Shown: piece by piece, positions 1-10,074 of the stretch
Layout of the letters: every line of letters begins with the position of its first letter
How positions within the stretch are numbered: the first letter of the stretch is position 1
NCBI GenBank assembly: GCA_963793865.1
Contig: CAWCBP010000008.1
Span: 96,001 to 160,000, forward strand
DNA: 64,000 bases
DNA from: an uncultured delta proteobacterium
GTDB lineage: Bacteria > Desulfobacterota > WTBG01
Reading direction: 5' to 3'
The notes under the pieces: generated by a model
The model's database searches: none
Told to the model about the DNA's origin: nothing
What the model saw: the letters and a program-made list of their open reading frames with translations, nothing else
Program-made: the position numbers and the translations under genes

Positions 1-459
1 CCGCCCTATGGCGCCTGCTTTGCGGAGGTTGAAGTCGACACCGAAACCGGCCAGGTCAGGGTGCTTGAGCTGGTGAACAGCCATGATATCGGCAAGGCGA
101 TTCATCCGCCCTCGGTTGAAGGCCAGCTTGAAGGCGGCGCACAGCAGGGCCTCGGCTTCCTTCTCTGGGAAGATATTTATTATGATGAACAAGGCAAGGT
201 CCTGAACAATGATTTCACCGATTATAAAATGCTCGGGCCCTCGGACATGCCCAAGGCCAAGATCCTGCTGGTTGAATCAGCTCCCGATCCCATTGCACCC
301 ATGGGCGCCAAGAGCTGCGGCGAATCAGCGCTGATGGGCCCCATCGGCTCGGTTGCCAATGCGATTTATAATACGATCGGCATTCGTTTCAAGGAAGCCC
401 CGGTCACGCCGGAGAGAGTGCTGAAGGCCATAAAGGAGAGCGGCAGAAAATTTGATTAA
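1..459 (+). CDS. Xanthine dehydrogenase/CoxL-family molybdopterin-binding subunit, C-terminal part (runs off 5' edge)
   Basis: Frame open from base 1 (PPYGACFAEVEVDTETGQVRV); motifs VEGQLEGGAQQGLG, GAKSCGES, ANAIYNTIG..PVTPERV. Confidence 0.9.
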   Translation, partial: PPYGACFAEVEVDTETGQVRVLELVNSHDIGKAIHPPSVEGQLEGGAQQGLGFLLWEDIYYDEQGKVLNNDFTDYKMLGPSDMPKAKILLVESAPDPIAPMGAKSCGESALMGPIGSVANAIYNTIGIRFKEAPVTPERVLKAIKESGRKFD

Positions 460-478
460 GGACTTTCTGCAGGTGATT

Positions 479-519
479 AAGGGCCGCTTTCCTGATTCAG
501 GAGGCGGCCCTTATTTTTT
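479..519 (+). terminator. Intrinsic terminator
   Basis: AAGGGCCGC...GCGGCCCTT stem followed by ATTTTTT just after the stop. Confidence 0.7.
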
Positions 520-721
520 GGGACGGCGGCGTGCAGTGAATCGCATGAGGGAGTTGCGGCCGGCCGGGAAGAAAAAGATGAAACGGGCATTCGCATTGAC
601 ATCTGATCTGTCACGGTCATATAGTACCGGTGTCCGGGATTAATACCTGTCAGCCGGGCGGGGCGGAAGCATGAGCCGGCATAATGAAAACCATAGCCCA
701 TCTTCAATGGGAGGGGCAGCG

Positions 722-1318
722 ATGAACGTACTTGGTTTTATGGCCAGCCCGAGAAAGGGCGGCAACTCAGATGTGCTGCTGGACCGGTTTTTGGAGGGTG
801 CGCGCTCCAAAGGAGCTGTGACGGAAAAGATCAATCTCTATGATTGCAGCATAGAGTATTGCCGGGGTTGCCACCTCAAATGCTGGGTTACTGATGACAG
901 GTGTTCCCGGTGGCAGGATGACATGCACCTGCTCCACGACAAGATGATTGCCAGCGATCTGATGGTTTTTTCCTCGCCGGTCTACATGGGCACGCCCCCG
1001 GCAAAGCTCATTGCATTCTTTGAGCGGAGCATTGACCAGAAAAGGGTCAATCTTCAAACTCTGAAGGTTGAGCAGAACAGCCTGCGCGGCAAGAAAGCGG
1101 TGGTGCTGCAGGTCAATTTCTTCAATGACCCGGCATATCAGCGGCTGCCGCTCTCGGTGTATGAAAGAATACTCGCTGAAATATTCGGGATGACCATCAT
1201 CGGCAGCCTCGGGGTGGAGGGGGTCGCGGAGCCGGGGGATATTGCCGGGAAAAAAGCGGCGCTGCAGGAGGCGTATAACCTGGGTGCCGCACTGTGCGGG
1301 AGCTGCGATAGCCGTTAG
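722..1318 (+). CDS. Iron-sulfur flavoprotein / NADPH-dependent FMN reductase (flavodoxin-like)
   Basis: ASPRKGGNSD FMN loop, CRGCHLKC...C, DDM, SPVY; GGAGG before ATG 722. Confidence 0.85.
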   Translation: MNVLGFMASPRKGGNSDVLLDRFLEGARSKGAVTEKINLYDCSIEYCRGCHLKCWVTDDRCSRWQDDMHLLHDKMIASDLMVFSSPVYMGTPPAKLIAFFERSIDQKRVNLQTLKVEQNSLRGKKAVVLQVNFFNDPAYQRLPLSVYERILAEIFGMTIIGSLGVEGVAEPGDIAGKKAALQEAYNLGAALCGSCDSR

Positions 1319-1428
1319 CCTTCAGGGCTGAGCCATGTATCGCGCGCAGTTGCATGAGCATTTGTTCGGGTGGGATTTTATAAGCGTTTGGATTGATTGT
1401 ATTGGATGAAAAGATATATTGAGTCAAT

Positions 1429-2343
1429 ATGCATCTAGGAAGGATTGTGAATACACAGAATAACTCGACGCTCGACTTCTTTCCGGGGTTTGAGTCAATC
1501 CGGGTTCGAACAGCGGGTGCCGTGATTAATGGCGTGATCGGAGGAAGCGGCCCGCCGCTGCTGCTGTTGCATGGCTGGCCGCAGTCTCATGTGGAGTGGC
1601 ATCGGGTGGCACCACTGCTGACCGGGGATTTTACTGTCATTGCCACTGATCTGCGCGGCTATGGCGACAGCAGTATCCCGCCGGAAAGCATCAACCATGA
1701 AGGGTATTCAAAAAGGGCGATGGCAGTTGATCAAATTGAAGTGATGCGCAGTCTGGGCTTTGATCGTTTTGCCGTCGTGGGGCATGACCGCGGTGCGCGG
1801 GTCGGGCAGCGCATGGCCCTTGACTATCCGGAGGCGGTAAAAAAACTTATATTAATTGATATTGTCCCTGGATACAAGCTGTATACCGAGGTGACCAAAG
1901 AATTAGCGACTTTTTATTTTCATTGGTTTTTACTGACCCAGTCAGCACCACTGCCAGAAACCCTGCTTGGCAATAATGCGGAGTTTTTCCTGCGCACATG
2001 GGCTTTTAACGGGCTTATCCCTGATGTGATCACGGCTCAAGCTTTTCAAGAGTATCTCAGATGCTTTGCAAATCCTGCGCGGCTCCATGCCATGTGTGAG
2101 GATTACCGGGCCGGTGCAACTGTTGACCTTGAGCATGAAAAGGCCGATCTTGAGAAAAAAATTCAATGCCCTGTTTTAGTTCTCTGGGGAGCAAAAGGCG
2201 CCATGGGGCTTCTCTACAATGTGCTGGCAGAATGGCAGGAGAGGGCTGTTACAGTGCGCGGCAGGGCTTTAGACGGCGGGCATTGGCTGCCCGAACAATT
2301 TCCTGAAGAGGTTTCCGACGAGCTGCGTTCCTTCCTCACGTGA
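1429..2343 (+). CDS. Alpha/beta hydrolase, haloacetate/fluoroacetate dehalogenase-like
   Basis: LLHGWPQ, DLRGYGDS, YSKRAMA, GHDRGARV, FHW, CEDYRAGA, GHWLPE. Confidence 0.85.
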   Translation: MHLGRIVNTQNNSTLDFFPGFESIRVRTAGAVINGVIGGSGPPLLLLHGWPQSHVEWHRVAPLLTGDFTVIATDLRGYGDSSIPPESINHEGYSKRAMAVDQIEVMRSLGFDRFAVVGHDRGARVGQRMALDYPEAVKKLILIDIVPGYKLYTEVTKELATFYFHWFLLTQSAPLPETLLGNNAEFFLRTWAFNGLIPDVITAQAFQEYLRCFANPARLHAMCEDYRAGATVDLEHEKADLEKKIQCPVLVLWGAKGAMGLLYNVLAEWQERAVTVRGRALDGGHWLPEQFPEEVSDELRSFLT

Positions 2344-2349
2344 CGAAAA

Positions 2350-2695
2350 GGGGGACGCTCTTAAAAAAATAAATAAGTTTTAGTATATCAGCCGATATTG
2401 GTAATTTCGGGTAATTATTTCCTCCCGCTCTATGGCATACCCCAGACCGGGAATGCTCATTTACTCCCCGCGCTAAATCTGCCAGCGGCATACCCAACTC
2501 TCTTACAGCCAATAGCACAGCACACTCTGTGAAATCGTCTTGATCCTGCGTTTCTTTGAATATCTTCCGATCTTCTATCCCCCGAGTCGTCACGTGATGA
2601 ATAACACCCAGAGCATCAAGCAGGGCTAATCGTGGCATGAGCGAACTCATATTTCCCTGACATATTGTCAATTTACATATTTAAGAGCGTCCCCC
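2350..2695 (-). mobile_element. Internally deleted REP-associated tyrosine transposase (RAYT)-like remnant with 16-bp terminal inverted repeats
   Basis: MPRLALLDALGVIHHVTTRGIEDRKIF (RAYT-type N-terminus) joined to LAVRELGMPLADLAR (C-terminal HTH-like); GGGGGACGCTCTTAAA at 2350-2365 with its reverse complement at 2680-2695. Confidence 0.7.
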
Positions 2696-2699
2696 CTTG

Positions 2700-3180
2700 T
2701 TTCTATACTCCCGAGGGCGTCATGTTTCCTGTCTCGGCAGTCATGCTGAGAAATGCCGCAGACTATGATGCCTCTCTGGAAGCATTCTCCCGGCAGCTCA
2801 TGCCCCTGGTGGAATATTCCATCGATGAAAACGGCCATATGACCATTCATAACCAAACGGCTCTATGGTATCGCTTTATCGATATGACGCCCCAGGCGGA
2901 GGCGCTATTTCGCTTTATCGATCAGACCATCGATACGGAGCTCGCCGGCGAACTGGCGTTTTTGGCAAACTACGACAAGACGAAAAGAGCCATACAGGAA
3001 ATCGTGGACATGCCGGACCTTCAGATAGATCTTTTCATCCGTTTCTGCCTCCAAAACAACGGCCGGCTTTCAGCTCAAAGACGCGAGAGCCACTTCGATT
3101 TTTTGTCTGATGAGGAAGTAGCCTTGCTCGAACAGGCAGTGCAATCCGCATATGGTAGTGTAACCCTGAACGATGCTTGA
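2700..3180 (+). pseudogene. Fic-family protein, C-terminal fragment (5' part missing)
   Basis: FPVSAVML...YDASLEAFS..LMPLVEY...IVDMPD..IDLFIRFCLQNNGRLS resembles long Fic C-termini; no Fic HPFxxGNGR motif; begins at the element end. Confidence 0.65.
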
Positions 3181-3221
3181 CAATATGTGCATTAGATTTC
3201 GGCGCGGACACGTAGCCCATG

Positions 3222-3306
3222 ACAAAACCCCGTAGGGATCAACCCACGGGGTCTTGTATTCAATAAGAATCGCTGCAATCAGCGTATTGAATTTTCTGGC
3301 TCCCCG
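3222..3306 (+). repeat. Hairpin plus 10-bp tRNA-Asn 3'-end copy (att-like site)
   Basis: ACAAAACCCCG...CGGGGTCTTGT stem 3222-3257; TGGCTCCCCG at 3297-3306 is the reverse complement of CGGGGAGCCA. Confidence 0.5.
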
Positions 3307-3764
3307 ATTTTAACCCTATTAATATCACTTTCATATTTGGGCGCTAATGACTTACTGGTCGATATTGAAAACCTTTTTTTGTCTCATAAAAAATTGGTTT
3401 ACAAGGTGAGAGTCATTTCATCCAAGAGGTCGATGGTGATGGTTATGAAACTTCATCGGGTTATTTTAGTTAGTATCTGTTCTACGGTGTGACTTGAGTA
3501 TCTTTATGAGATGTGGTTTTAACTCTATGGTATGAAAATACACTTTAGAAATTGGAAGATTTTTGCAGGAATGGTTGAAAATCCCGGTATCGTAGATTTC
3601 AAACCGTAGTAGACACTATTCTTGCTTTCGGAAATTCAGCCCTTCTTTGTAGAACTGAACTTTTGAGAAGAAAACAGGAACTACAGGATATGGTAAGTTT
3701 TAGATGTTGTTTAAGGGAAGAAACAATGGCGTGGATTGCAATAATTCACGCCGCAGTATTAAGA

Positions 3765-4223
3765 TTAAAATCGTGAATGATAGGCATCGGCTATTTTCAC
3801 TTTCATCTCATGGATTGCATCCCAACGAGATTGAGGAAATTCTTTTGAGGAAATTTTAAAATGTTCAGACGACCCTGGTAAGAGATTTATGCATGTATTC
3901 TTGGTTAGTTCATCAAAAAACTTACCATCATCTGTAAAAAATTCAGCTTCAATTACAATATTCTCCCAATTAACTTTTCCACGGTTTTCGATAATTCCAA
4001 AAACCTCGATAGTACCATTGAGGTAATTCTTTTCTATATTGCTTAGGTGTAAGTCAGACCTAAAATCATTTTTATCTTCCAATAATTTGTCTATTATAAT
4101 AAGCATAGCTCCAAAAATTAACCCCGAAAGTATAATCCACACCCATTGTTTCTTATTATAATACAAGTTCAATTTGGACACTTCCGCACCACAATTTGAA
4201 CACTTTAATTGTGCTTTCATCAT
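3765..4223 (-). CDS. Membrane-anchored FxLYD-domain-like protein with N-terminal CxxC
   Basis: CSNCG, one TM segment, GIIENRG...IEAEFFTDDGK...LLPGSSEHFKI; AT-rich. Confidence 0.6.
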   Translation of the reverse strand: MMKAQLKCSNCGAEVSKLNLYYNKKQWVWIILSGLIFGAMLIIIDKLLEDKNDFRSDLHLSNIEKNYLNGTIEVFGIIENRGKVNWENIVIEAEFFTDDGKFFDELTKNTCINLLPGSSEHFKISSKEFPQSRWDAIHEMKVKIADAYHSRF

Positions 4224-4393
4224 TTATTCTCCCCATGAAGTATTTCAAAAACTTATCGGTTCAAACGTACTTGTGCTTAGAACAAAAATGATGACGTATA
4301 ATTTAATATTTTACGTCATATTGAATTAATGTTGAACCTTGAGGTTCCAACCGTCAGGTGGGTCGAATGGTTAAGCAAAATCTGTTTAAATTT

Positions 4394-5635
4394 TCAGTGA
4401 ACAGCCTTGCCTATTCTTTCCCATCGCACACGATTGTTGCTTTTGTCCCAAGACCAGTAAATAAAACTGGCTTTAGCTTTAACATAATCTCTATCAACAA
4501 ATCCCCAGAAACGACTGTCAGCACTCTGATCCCGATTATCACCCAATACAAAATAAGAATTTTCAGGAACTATCTCAGGGCCATAGTTGTCCCTTGGTTG
4601 GAGGTTTCCTGGAATAACAGTTTGGTCTTTATAAACTCCATAGGGATCATCGTTAGACATATCATTAATGAAGAGATTTTTATCTTTGATAAAAATCTTA
4701 TTACCACCGAATCCTATTGCTCGCTTAATAAAATCCTTGGAAGTGTCCTTTGGATAAGCAAATATAATTACTTCACCATATTTTGGTTCTTTGAAATGGT
4801 AGATAAATTTATTAGCTAAAATCATATCTCCAGCCAATAGTGTTGGTTCCATAGCACCAGAAGGTATTTTATATGCTTGTACAACAAAAGTCTTGAAGAA
4901 CTGTTCATAAATCACCAAAAAATATAATCCTAAGAGTACTGGTATGAGCCATTTTAGATGCTGGCTTCTTAAACAACGTTTATCTGAAGGTTTATGAGCA
5001 GATTCTAATTGTGTGAGCTTAGAAGTTTTTAATTTTTGATAAAGAAAAGTAAGTGCCGCAATTGTCATGGGAATTGTTATTATGACACCTACTATTAAAG
5101 CGAGAAGGCCTAAAATATTAATGCCCAAGAGTACTAAGCCAAGAAGAAACAAATTGCCCTTTGCTCCTCTTGTGATGCAAGCACTTTTCTTGAGAGCATC
5201 AATTGGGTTCACATCCTCATCTATGATTATATATGGAGAAAACCCATATTTTATTGCCCAAATAATTCCCGGAATAATAAAGAGCATTAATCCAGTTAAT
5301 ATAATTAGGCCATAAATTGTTGAACAGATAAGAAAATTGAATAATAAATTAAATTCGGATATTAAGTCAGAAAACCTGGCATCATGGTTGTCATAAATTT
5401 TTAAACAAATTCTTATTAAGCCAATATCTATTGCCATTGAAATAAAAGAACCAATGGCACGAAAGCTTATTGACATATAAGGCATTGAGCTATCATAAAT
5501 ATTCTCAATTAAAACAAAAGTAGTGTTCAAAAAAAAGTTTGCAGCAACTATAGGGATAAGAAGAGAGAAATTGTTAATTATGGCAGTCCAACCATATTTG
5601 ATAGCTTCGCTTTTTGAAAAGCTTAACTTATTCAT
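4394..5635 (-). CDS. Polytopic membrane domain fused to signal peptidase I (S26) domain
   Basis: N-terminal ~200 aa multi-TM; C-terminal QAYKIPSGAMEPTL, FIKRAIG, YFVLGDNRDQSADSRFWGFV, VRWERIG. Confidence 0.85.
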   Translation of the reverse strand: MNKLSFSKSEAIKYGWTAIINNFSLLIPIVAANFFLNTTFVLIENIYDSSMPYMSISFRAIGSFISMAIDIGLIRICLKIYDNHDARFSDLISEFNLLFNFLICSTIYGLIILTGLMLFIIPGIIWAIKYGFSPYIIIDEDVNPIDALKKSACITRGAKGNLFLLGLVLLGINILGLLALIVGVIITIPMTIAALTFLYQKLKTSKLTQLESAHKPSDKRCLRSQHLKWLIPVLLGLYFLVIYEQFFKTFVVQAYKIPSGAMEPTLLAGDMILANKFIYHFKEPKYGEVIIFAYPKDTSKDFIKRAIGFGGNKIFIKDKNLFINDMSNDDPYGVYKDQTVIPGNLQPRDNYGPEIVPENSYFVLGDNRDQSADSRFWGFVDRDYVKAKASFIYWSWDKSNNRVRWERIGKAVH

Positions 5636-6140
5636 ATCTATGGCCTAGTTTTTAATAATATTACGGGGGATTCTGATATCAACTATCCATTAATTATATA
5701 TCGGTATTTATAGGGGACTCTTGAGGAGTGACTGAGGAGCTATGCAAAGAAGCGGTTTGTATTGTACCCCATAACATTTAAGGAAAAGTCTTAACACAGC
5801 ATTTGTGGTCAAAATCAGGGGTCAAGACAGTGACATTTACCAAGAATCTGAGTTTAACGCATGCCCAGGATACATCTGGAAACAAGCGTAAAATGAGGGA
5901 CATGATTTGTTAAGACTACTACCATGATGAAAAAATCGTGGAAGGCCTAAAATTAACTACTACGATAGCAACAACAATAAATGCCCGACTGAATAGCCTC
6001 TACCAAGCACATAAATCCAAGTCAAAGCTTCCTCATCCTGCTCAACTTCAAAATGATGCCATCTTCACTGTTCAGAAACAAACAGTTGCGCAATTCAGTT
6101 AATTGCATGGGCAGAATATGAGTGCCGAAAGAGATAAAGT

Positions 6141-6174
6141 ACAAACCCCGAAGGTAGAAACCCTCGAGGTTTGT
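6141..6174 (+). repeat. Second copy of the ACAAACCCCG hairpin
   Basis: ACAAACCCCGAAGG...CCCTCGAGGTTTGT, similar to 3222-3257. Confidence 0.45.
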
Positions 6175-6310
6175 GGTGACCAATAACCGCCAAGTTTAGC
6201 AGTTTATGTTTTTTTATTTCATTGACCTGGATGCTGCAATTAAAATCATTGCATCAATATGATTAGAATTGAATCCCAAATGACGGTACTGAAGATGAAA
6301 AAAAATAACT

Positions 6311-7229
6311 TTATGCTTCAAGGTAGTCTCTCAATTTACGAACCGCCTGTCTGTGTTTTGATGGGCTCATGCGAGCGATATTCAAAAGCTTCCACTTGAC
6401 GGCGGGAAGGTTCTCAACCCCTTCAACACCTATCAACTCCCACCGGGGCATTCCTTCTTTGACAGAGACAATGAATTGTTTTTCCTCAACAGTCAATTCT
6501 CTTGCTATCATGGAGACCAGTTGTGCTCTGGTCTTTTCCAGCTCTTCGAAGGTCACCTCCTCCAAAGTCATGCCTTGAAATTCATTTTCAAAGGCAGGCC
6601 GCATATCGACAAATAGCGGATTGAGAACCTCTACCATAGGTCGGTCGTGGCTAATCAGATAAACGACAAAAGCCCTCCGCATGGCGGCACTGAAATTACC
6701 ATGTTTGAGGAGCATCATGATATCGTAGAAGTCCCGCGGGTGCTGGCGGTCCAGAGCGGCACAGATTTTCCCGGCATATAGTTCGTTTTCCGAAAGGATG
6801 AGACTCTCCACGGAAATCTCAAATAGGTCGACTGCTTTCTGAGAGATGACTTTCCTTTCGGGCGGATATACGGAACCCCGTATGACCAGATTCGGTTCGA
6901 TCTTGACGATCGTATCCTGTCTCTGCACAAACAATCCGATCAGTAAATCGGACCCTCTGGTTTTCCTTGGAGTGACCTTCGTTCCTGGAATCCTGCTCTC
7001 AATGTCCTGAGATATCCTTACAAGTGCAGAGCTTATCTCCTCGAAGGGATACATCTCTTTCGCCAACGGGAAGATACGCGAGGTCAATATCTACGGAGAT
7101 ACGGGGAAGATCCCGGACAAAAAAATTGATAGCCGTCCCGCCTTTCAGGGCGAAGGCCGCTTCTCTATCGATTATCGGAAGGATCCGCAGGAGCAATTCG
7201 GCCTGTTTGAAGTATACGCTATCGATCAT
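6311..7229 (-). CDS. AbiEii/AbiGii-family nucleotidyltransferase toxin (type IV TA), frameshift near 7040
   Basis: FALKGGTAINFF..PRISVDIDL in ORF 6999-7229; KIEPN, GKICAALDRQHPRDFYD in ORF 6311-7087. Confidence 0.85.
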
Positions 7230-8003
7230 GAAGGCGTTCCTTCATGATCGACGGGAACGGTTATCTGATATTTCGCGTCAAACCGGCCATGCGGCACGAT
7301 CATCCGCTTTCCTTTCCCGAGATAGATTTTCGATAAATCCAGCTTCGAGAACCAGGTGTGTTCCTGTCTCTCCGCCATATAAAGAAACAGCCTTTTCACC
7401 TTTACGGAGCGGCATGCCTCCAGCAGCCTCTGGACAACATCGGACGAAGGGTGACCAGGTTTTCCATGATCAATTGGGCCTCGTCGAATCCGACTTCTTT
7501 GGGTACCAGATGAAGCATCTCCATGGCCGCCCTTTCCGGCGCCGCTATCCTGACCGAAAAATCACGCTCCCTGAAATCGGTAAATCCCTCCCGGCAATCC
7601 GCGGGAAAGAGATTTGTCCGCGTCACAACAAATTTAACGCCGAAACGATCTTCCTTAAACCAGGCCGGCAATATCAGCCCTCGAGGGCCATAGAGAAAAA
7701 CCTTATTCTGCTTCGCCGGCAGGTAATGGGCATATCCTTTCAGTTCCAGGGCTGTTTTCCGCCGACATGGACAGGAAGAGAGAGCTGATTCTGAAGGGTA
7801 TAAAGAGCGCCCGGCCAATCCACTTTGTCCCCGGAGCGTATATATGCGCCGCGTCCAAACGGCTCCAGCCAGCCGCTGTTTTTATATTTTACGAGCAGAT
7901 CTCGACCGAAACCGGAAGCGGCAAGATAGGAAGTGGCACTGGGGGTACCGGCGATCCACTGATTGATCAGGCGGTTTATTTTTGTTTTACTTTCAGTACC
8001 CAT
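7226..8003 (-). CDS. AbiEi-family antitoxin, split by frameshifts near 7765 and 7440
   Basis: KINRLINQW...KYKNSGWLEPFGRGAY...DWPGALYTLQ; TALELKGYAHYL; APERAAMEMLHLVP; ATGA overlap with the toxin start. Confidence 0.8.
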
Positions 8004-8360
8004 AGTCATCAAATAACATCAAAATTAAACTAATGTCAAGAGAAAGTTTAAATATTAGTGTTTATGTAGACCTTTGGTCGTCAAATATGAATATTATTAA
8101 ACTTTTGAATGGCTGTAATGTCAAATGAGCATTTACAGATTGCGTTAAGCTTTTGCCTGAGGGGAAACGAGCTATCTGGGGGTAAAAAGGGCCTTTTATA
8201 GATCAATAATAATCACATTTCCAACTAATTCGTGGCCCGACACTGATCCAATCATTATTGGCAGACAATTGTACTTTTCCTATACTTATCTCATCAGAAA
8301 GTGATTTATTATCAAAATAAGGCACTTAGCCTTTTAATCAAAGTAAGGTCTTGTTAAATT

Positions 8361-9114
8361 ATGCGATGTATTTTATATAGGGCCCTACAAGAGAGGGTCT
8401 CTGGTTCGCAACACCAAGTATTTCTTATTGATTATTTTGTGGGCGACGACCACTGCCATGTCGACCAGACCCCGACGGAGGACATCACCACCTCATCCAC
8501 CGTTCTACCGCTGCCAAATTCTACCACCACGTCGAGTGTTGAGCTCGACACAGAAGAGCTGGAAAACTACATGGGAGCTTACGTACTCTCCACATACCAA
8601 ATTGGCATAAGTCCCACGGGCCCTTGCCGTGAACCGCTAAGTATTACGCTCGAAGAGGACACCCTTTCCATTTACAAAAAATCAGACCTAGCAAAAGAAC
8701 CGCCTACACTTCTTAGCAGTTTATTTAAGAACCATCGACCAAAAATCTGTACCGGTTGTGGAAGGGGAAACTTTTAAGTTTGAAGTCATTACTTTTGAAC
8801 CACAACCTCAGGGGATTAATTTTCACCTTTACGAAAATATCGTAGAAGATGTTGAATTAGCCCAAAGATTTTTTGATAGTTTTTATTTAACATCCAAGCA
8901 AAAAACTGGAAGACAATTTACAGAAGATGTGAACGAAAAGTCTGTCATGCTAAATATGGATTTAAGCCAATTATCAAAATCAAAGAAAATCACCCGCACT
9001 ATACTTAGTTCCGCTGAATTTTCTCATAAAAGCATTCAGGGTAAATCCCAGCGTCTTGTGACCATCAAACCCCCTAAGACAACAGAGCTGAAGTGCCAGT
9101 ATACAAAAGAATAG
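8361..9114 (+). CDS. Hypothetical protein(s); two overlapping ORFs, possibly one frameshifted gene
   Basis: ORFs 8361-8777 (Thr/Ser-rich linker) and 8758-9114; no family recognised. Confidence 0.35.
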
Positions 9115-9379
9115 TCTCGCCCATACCACCACGGGTTGGGAAGAAGGCCGCAAACCCTTTGATGTTATTAAAAAGAACCTTCTCTGTGGTGGCGCTCTGT
9201 ATTCCGGGATCGGTAACGTAAAGGTCACCAACAAAGAATTTGAAGGCGGCCTGTCACAGTTCATTGGGACCCATAAAGGATTTGCAACGCGTGAAGCATT
9301 GCTTCGTTCGACTCGGCAGATATATCATTTTTTAAACCGCATCAGTATCAAGTCATTGGCGCCCCGGATGATATTAAAG

Positions 9380-9669
9380 ATCCGGATATCGTCATGGTTG
9401 TGGCAGATGCGTATCGGGTGATGCGGTTGATTAAGGTCTATGCATGGAAGGCCGGCGAACTGGTTCATGGCATCTCCGGTTCGGGCTGGTGTACCAATTC
9501 CTTTCCACTTGTTTACAAAGCAAAAACAATGACCTATAATATGGGCGCCGAGACCTCCCGTGTCCTTATGAACCTCGACCCGGGAGAGATGTATTGCTTT
9601 ATTCATTACAACCTGCTGCCACTTGTCGTTGATAATTACAAAAACATCCAAACCGGTCTTGAGATGTAA
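9380..9669 (+). pseudogene. DUF169-like C-terminal fragment
   Basis: PDIVMVVADAYRVMRLIKVYAWK..G..SG.GWC...MTYNMG..SR pattern. Confidence 0.45.
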
Positions 9670-9743
9670 GTGATGCTCACCCGTGATCAGCGGCATTAAG
9701 TGGCACCCGGATCAAGATCCGGGGTGATGGGGAGGATCTTCGT

Positions 9744-9926
9744 TTGCTGAACATATTTATCGATGCTGATGCGTGCCCGGTCAAAAATGAGGTGTACCGC
9801 GTCGCAAGCCGATATAGCCTTAACGTTACTTTGGTGGCCAACTCTCGGATGCGAGTTCCGAATGAACGATGGATTACTCTTGAAATTGTAGAGGACGGAC
9901 TCGACGCGGTTGATGATTGGATTGTC
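9744..9926 (+). pseudogene. YaiI/YqxD (DUF188) protein, 3'-truncated
   Basis: IFIDADACPVKNEVYRVA...LVAN...DAVDDWIV; similarity ends where the intron sequence on the opposite strand begins. Confidence 0.8.
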
Positions 9927-10074
9927 CTCACCTCTAGTCTCTGCACGTTCCTGCTTACATTTCCCCTTCGGCAGGCTTCGCTCAGGATTACCATATCTGT
10001 ACAATTGGATATTAGGCTTCCCTGAATTCACCCGATTTTTCAATCCCGATTTCTCGGGAAAGCTGCAACTTACT
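9925..10074 (-). ncRNA. Group I intron (P1 to 5' strand of P7 present; 3' part absent) in the tRNA-Asn anticodon
   Basis: IGS GCAGCU pairs with exon GGCUGU (U.G at the splice site); P2 UCCCGA-GAAA-UCGGGA; P element AAUUCAGGGAAGCC; Q element AAUCCUGAGC; P6a CCUGC/GCAGG; R element GUGCAGAGACUA. Confidence 0.88.
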
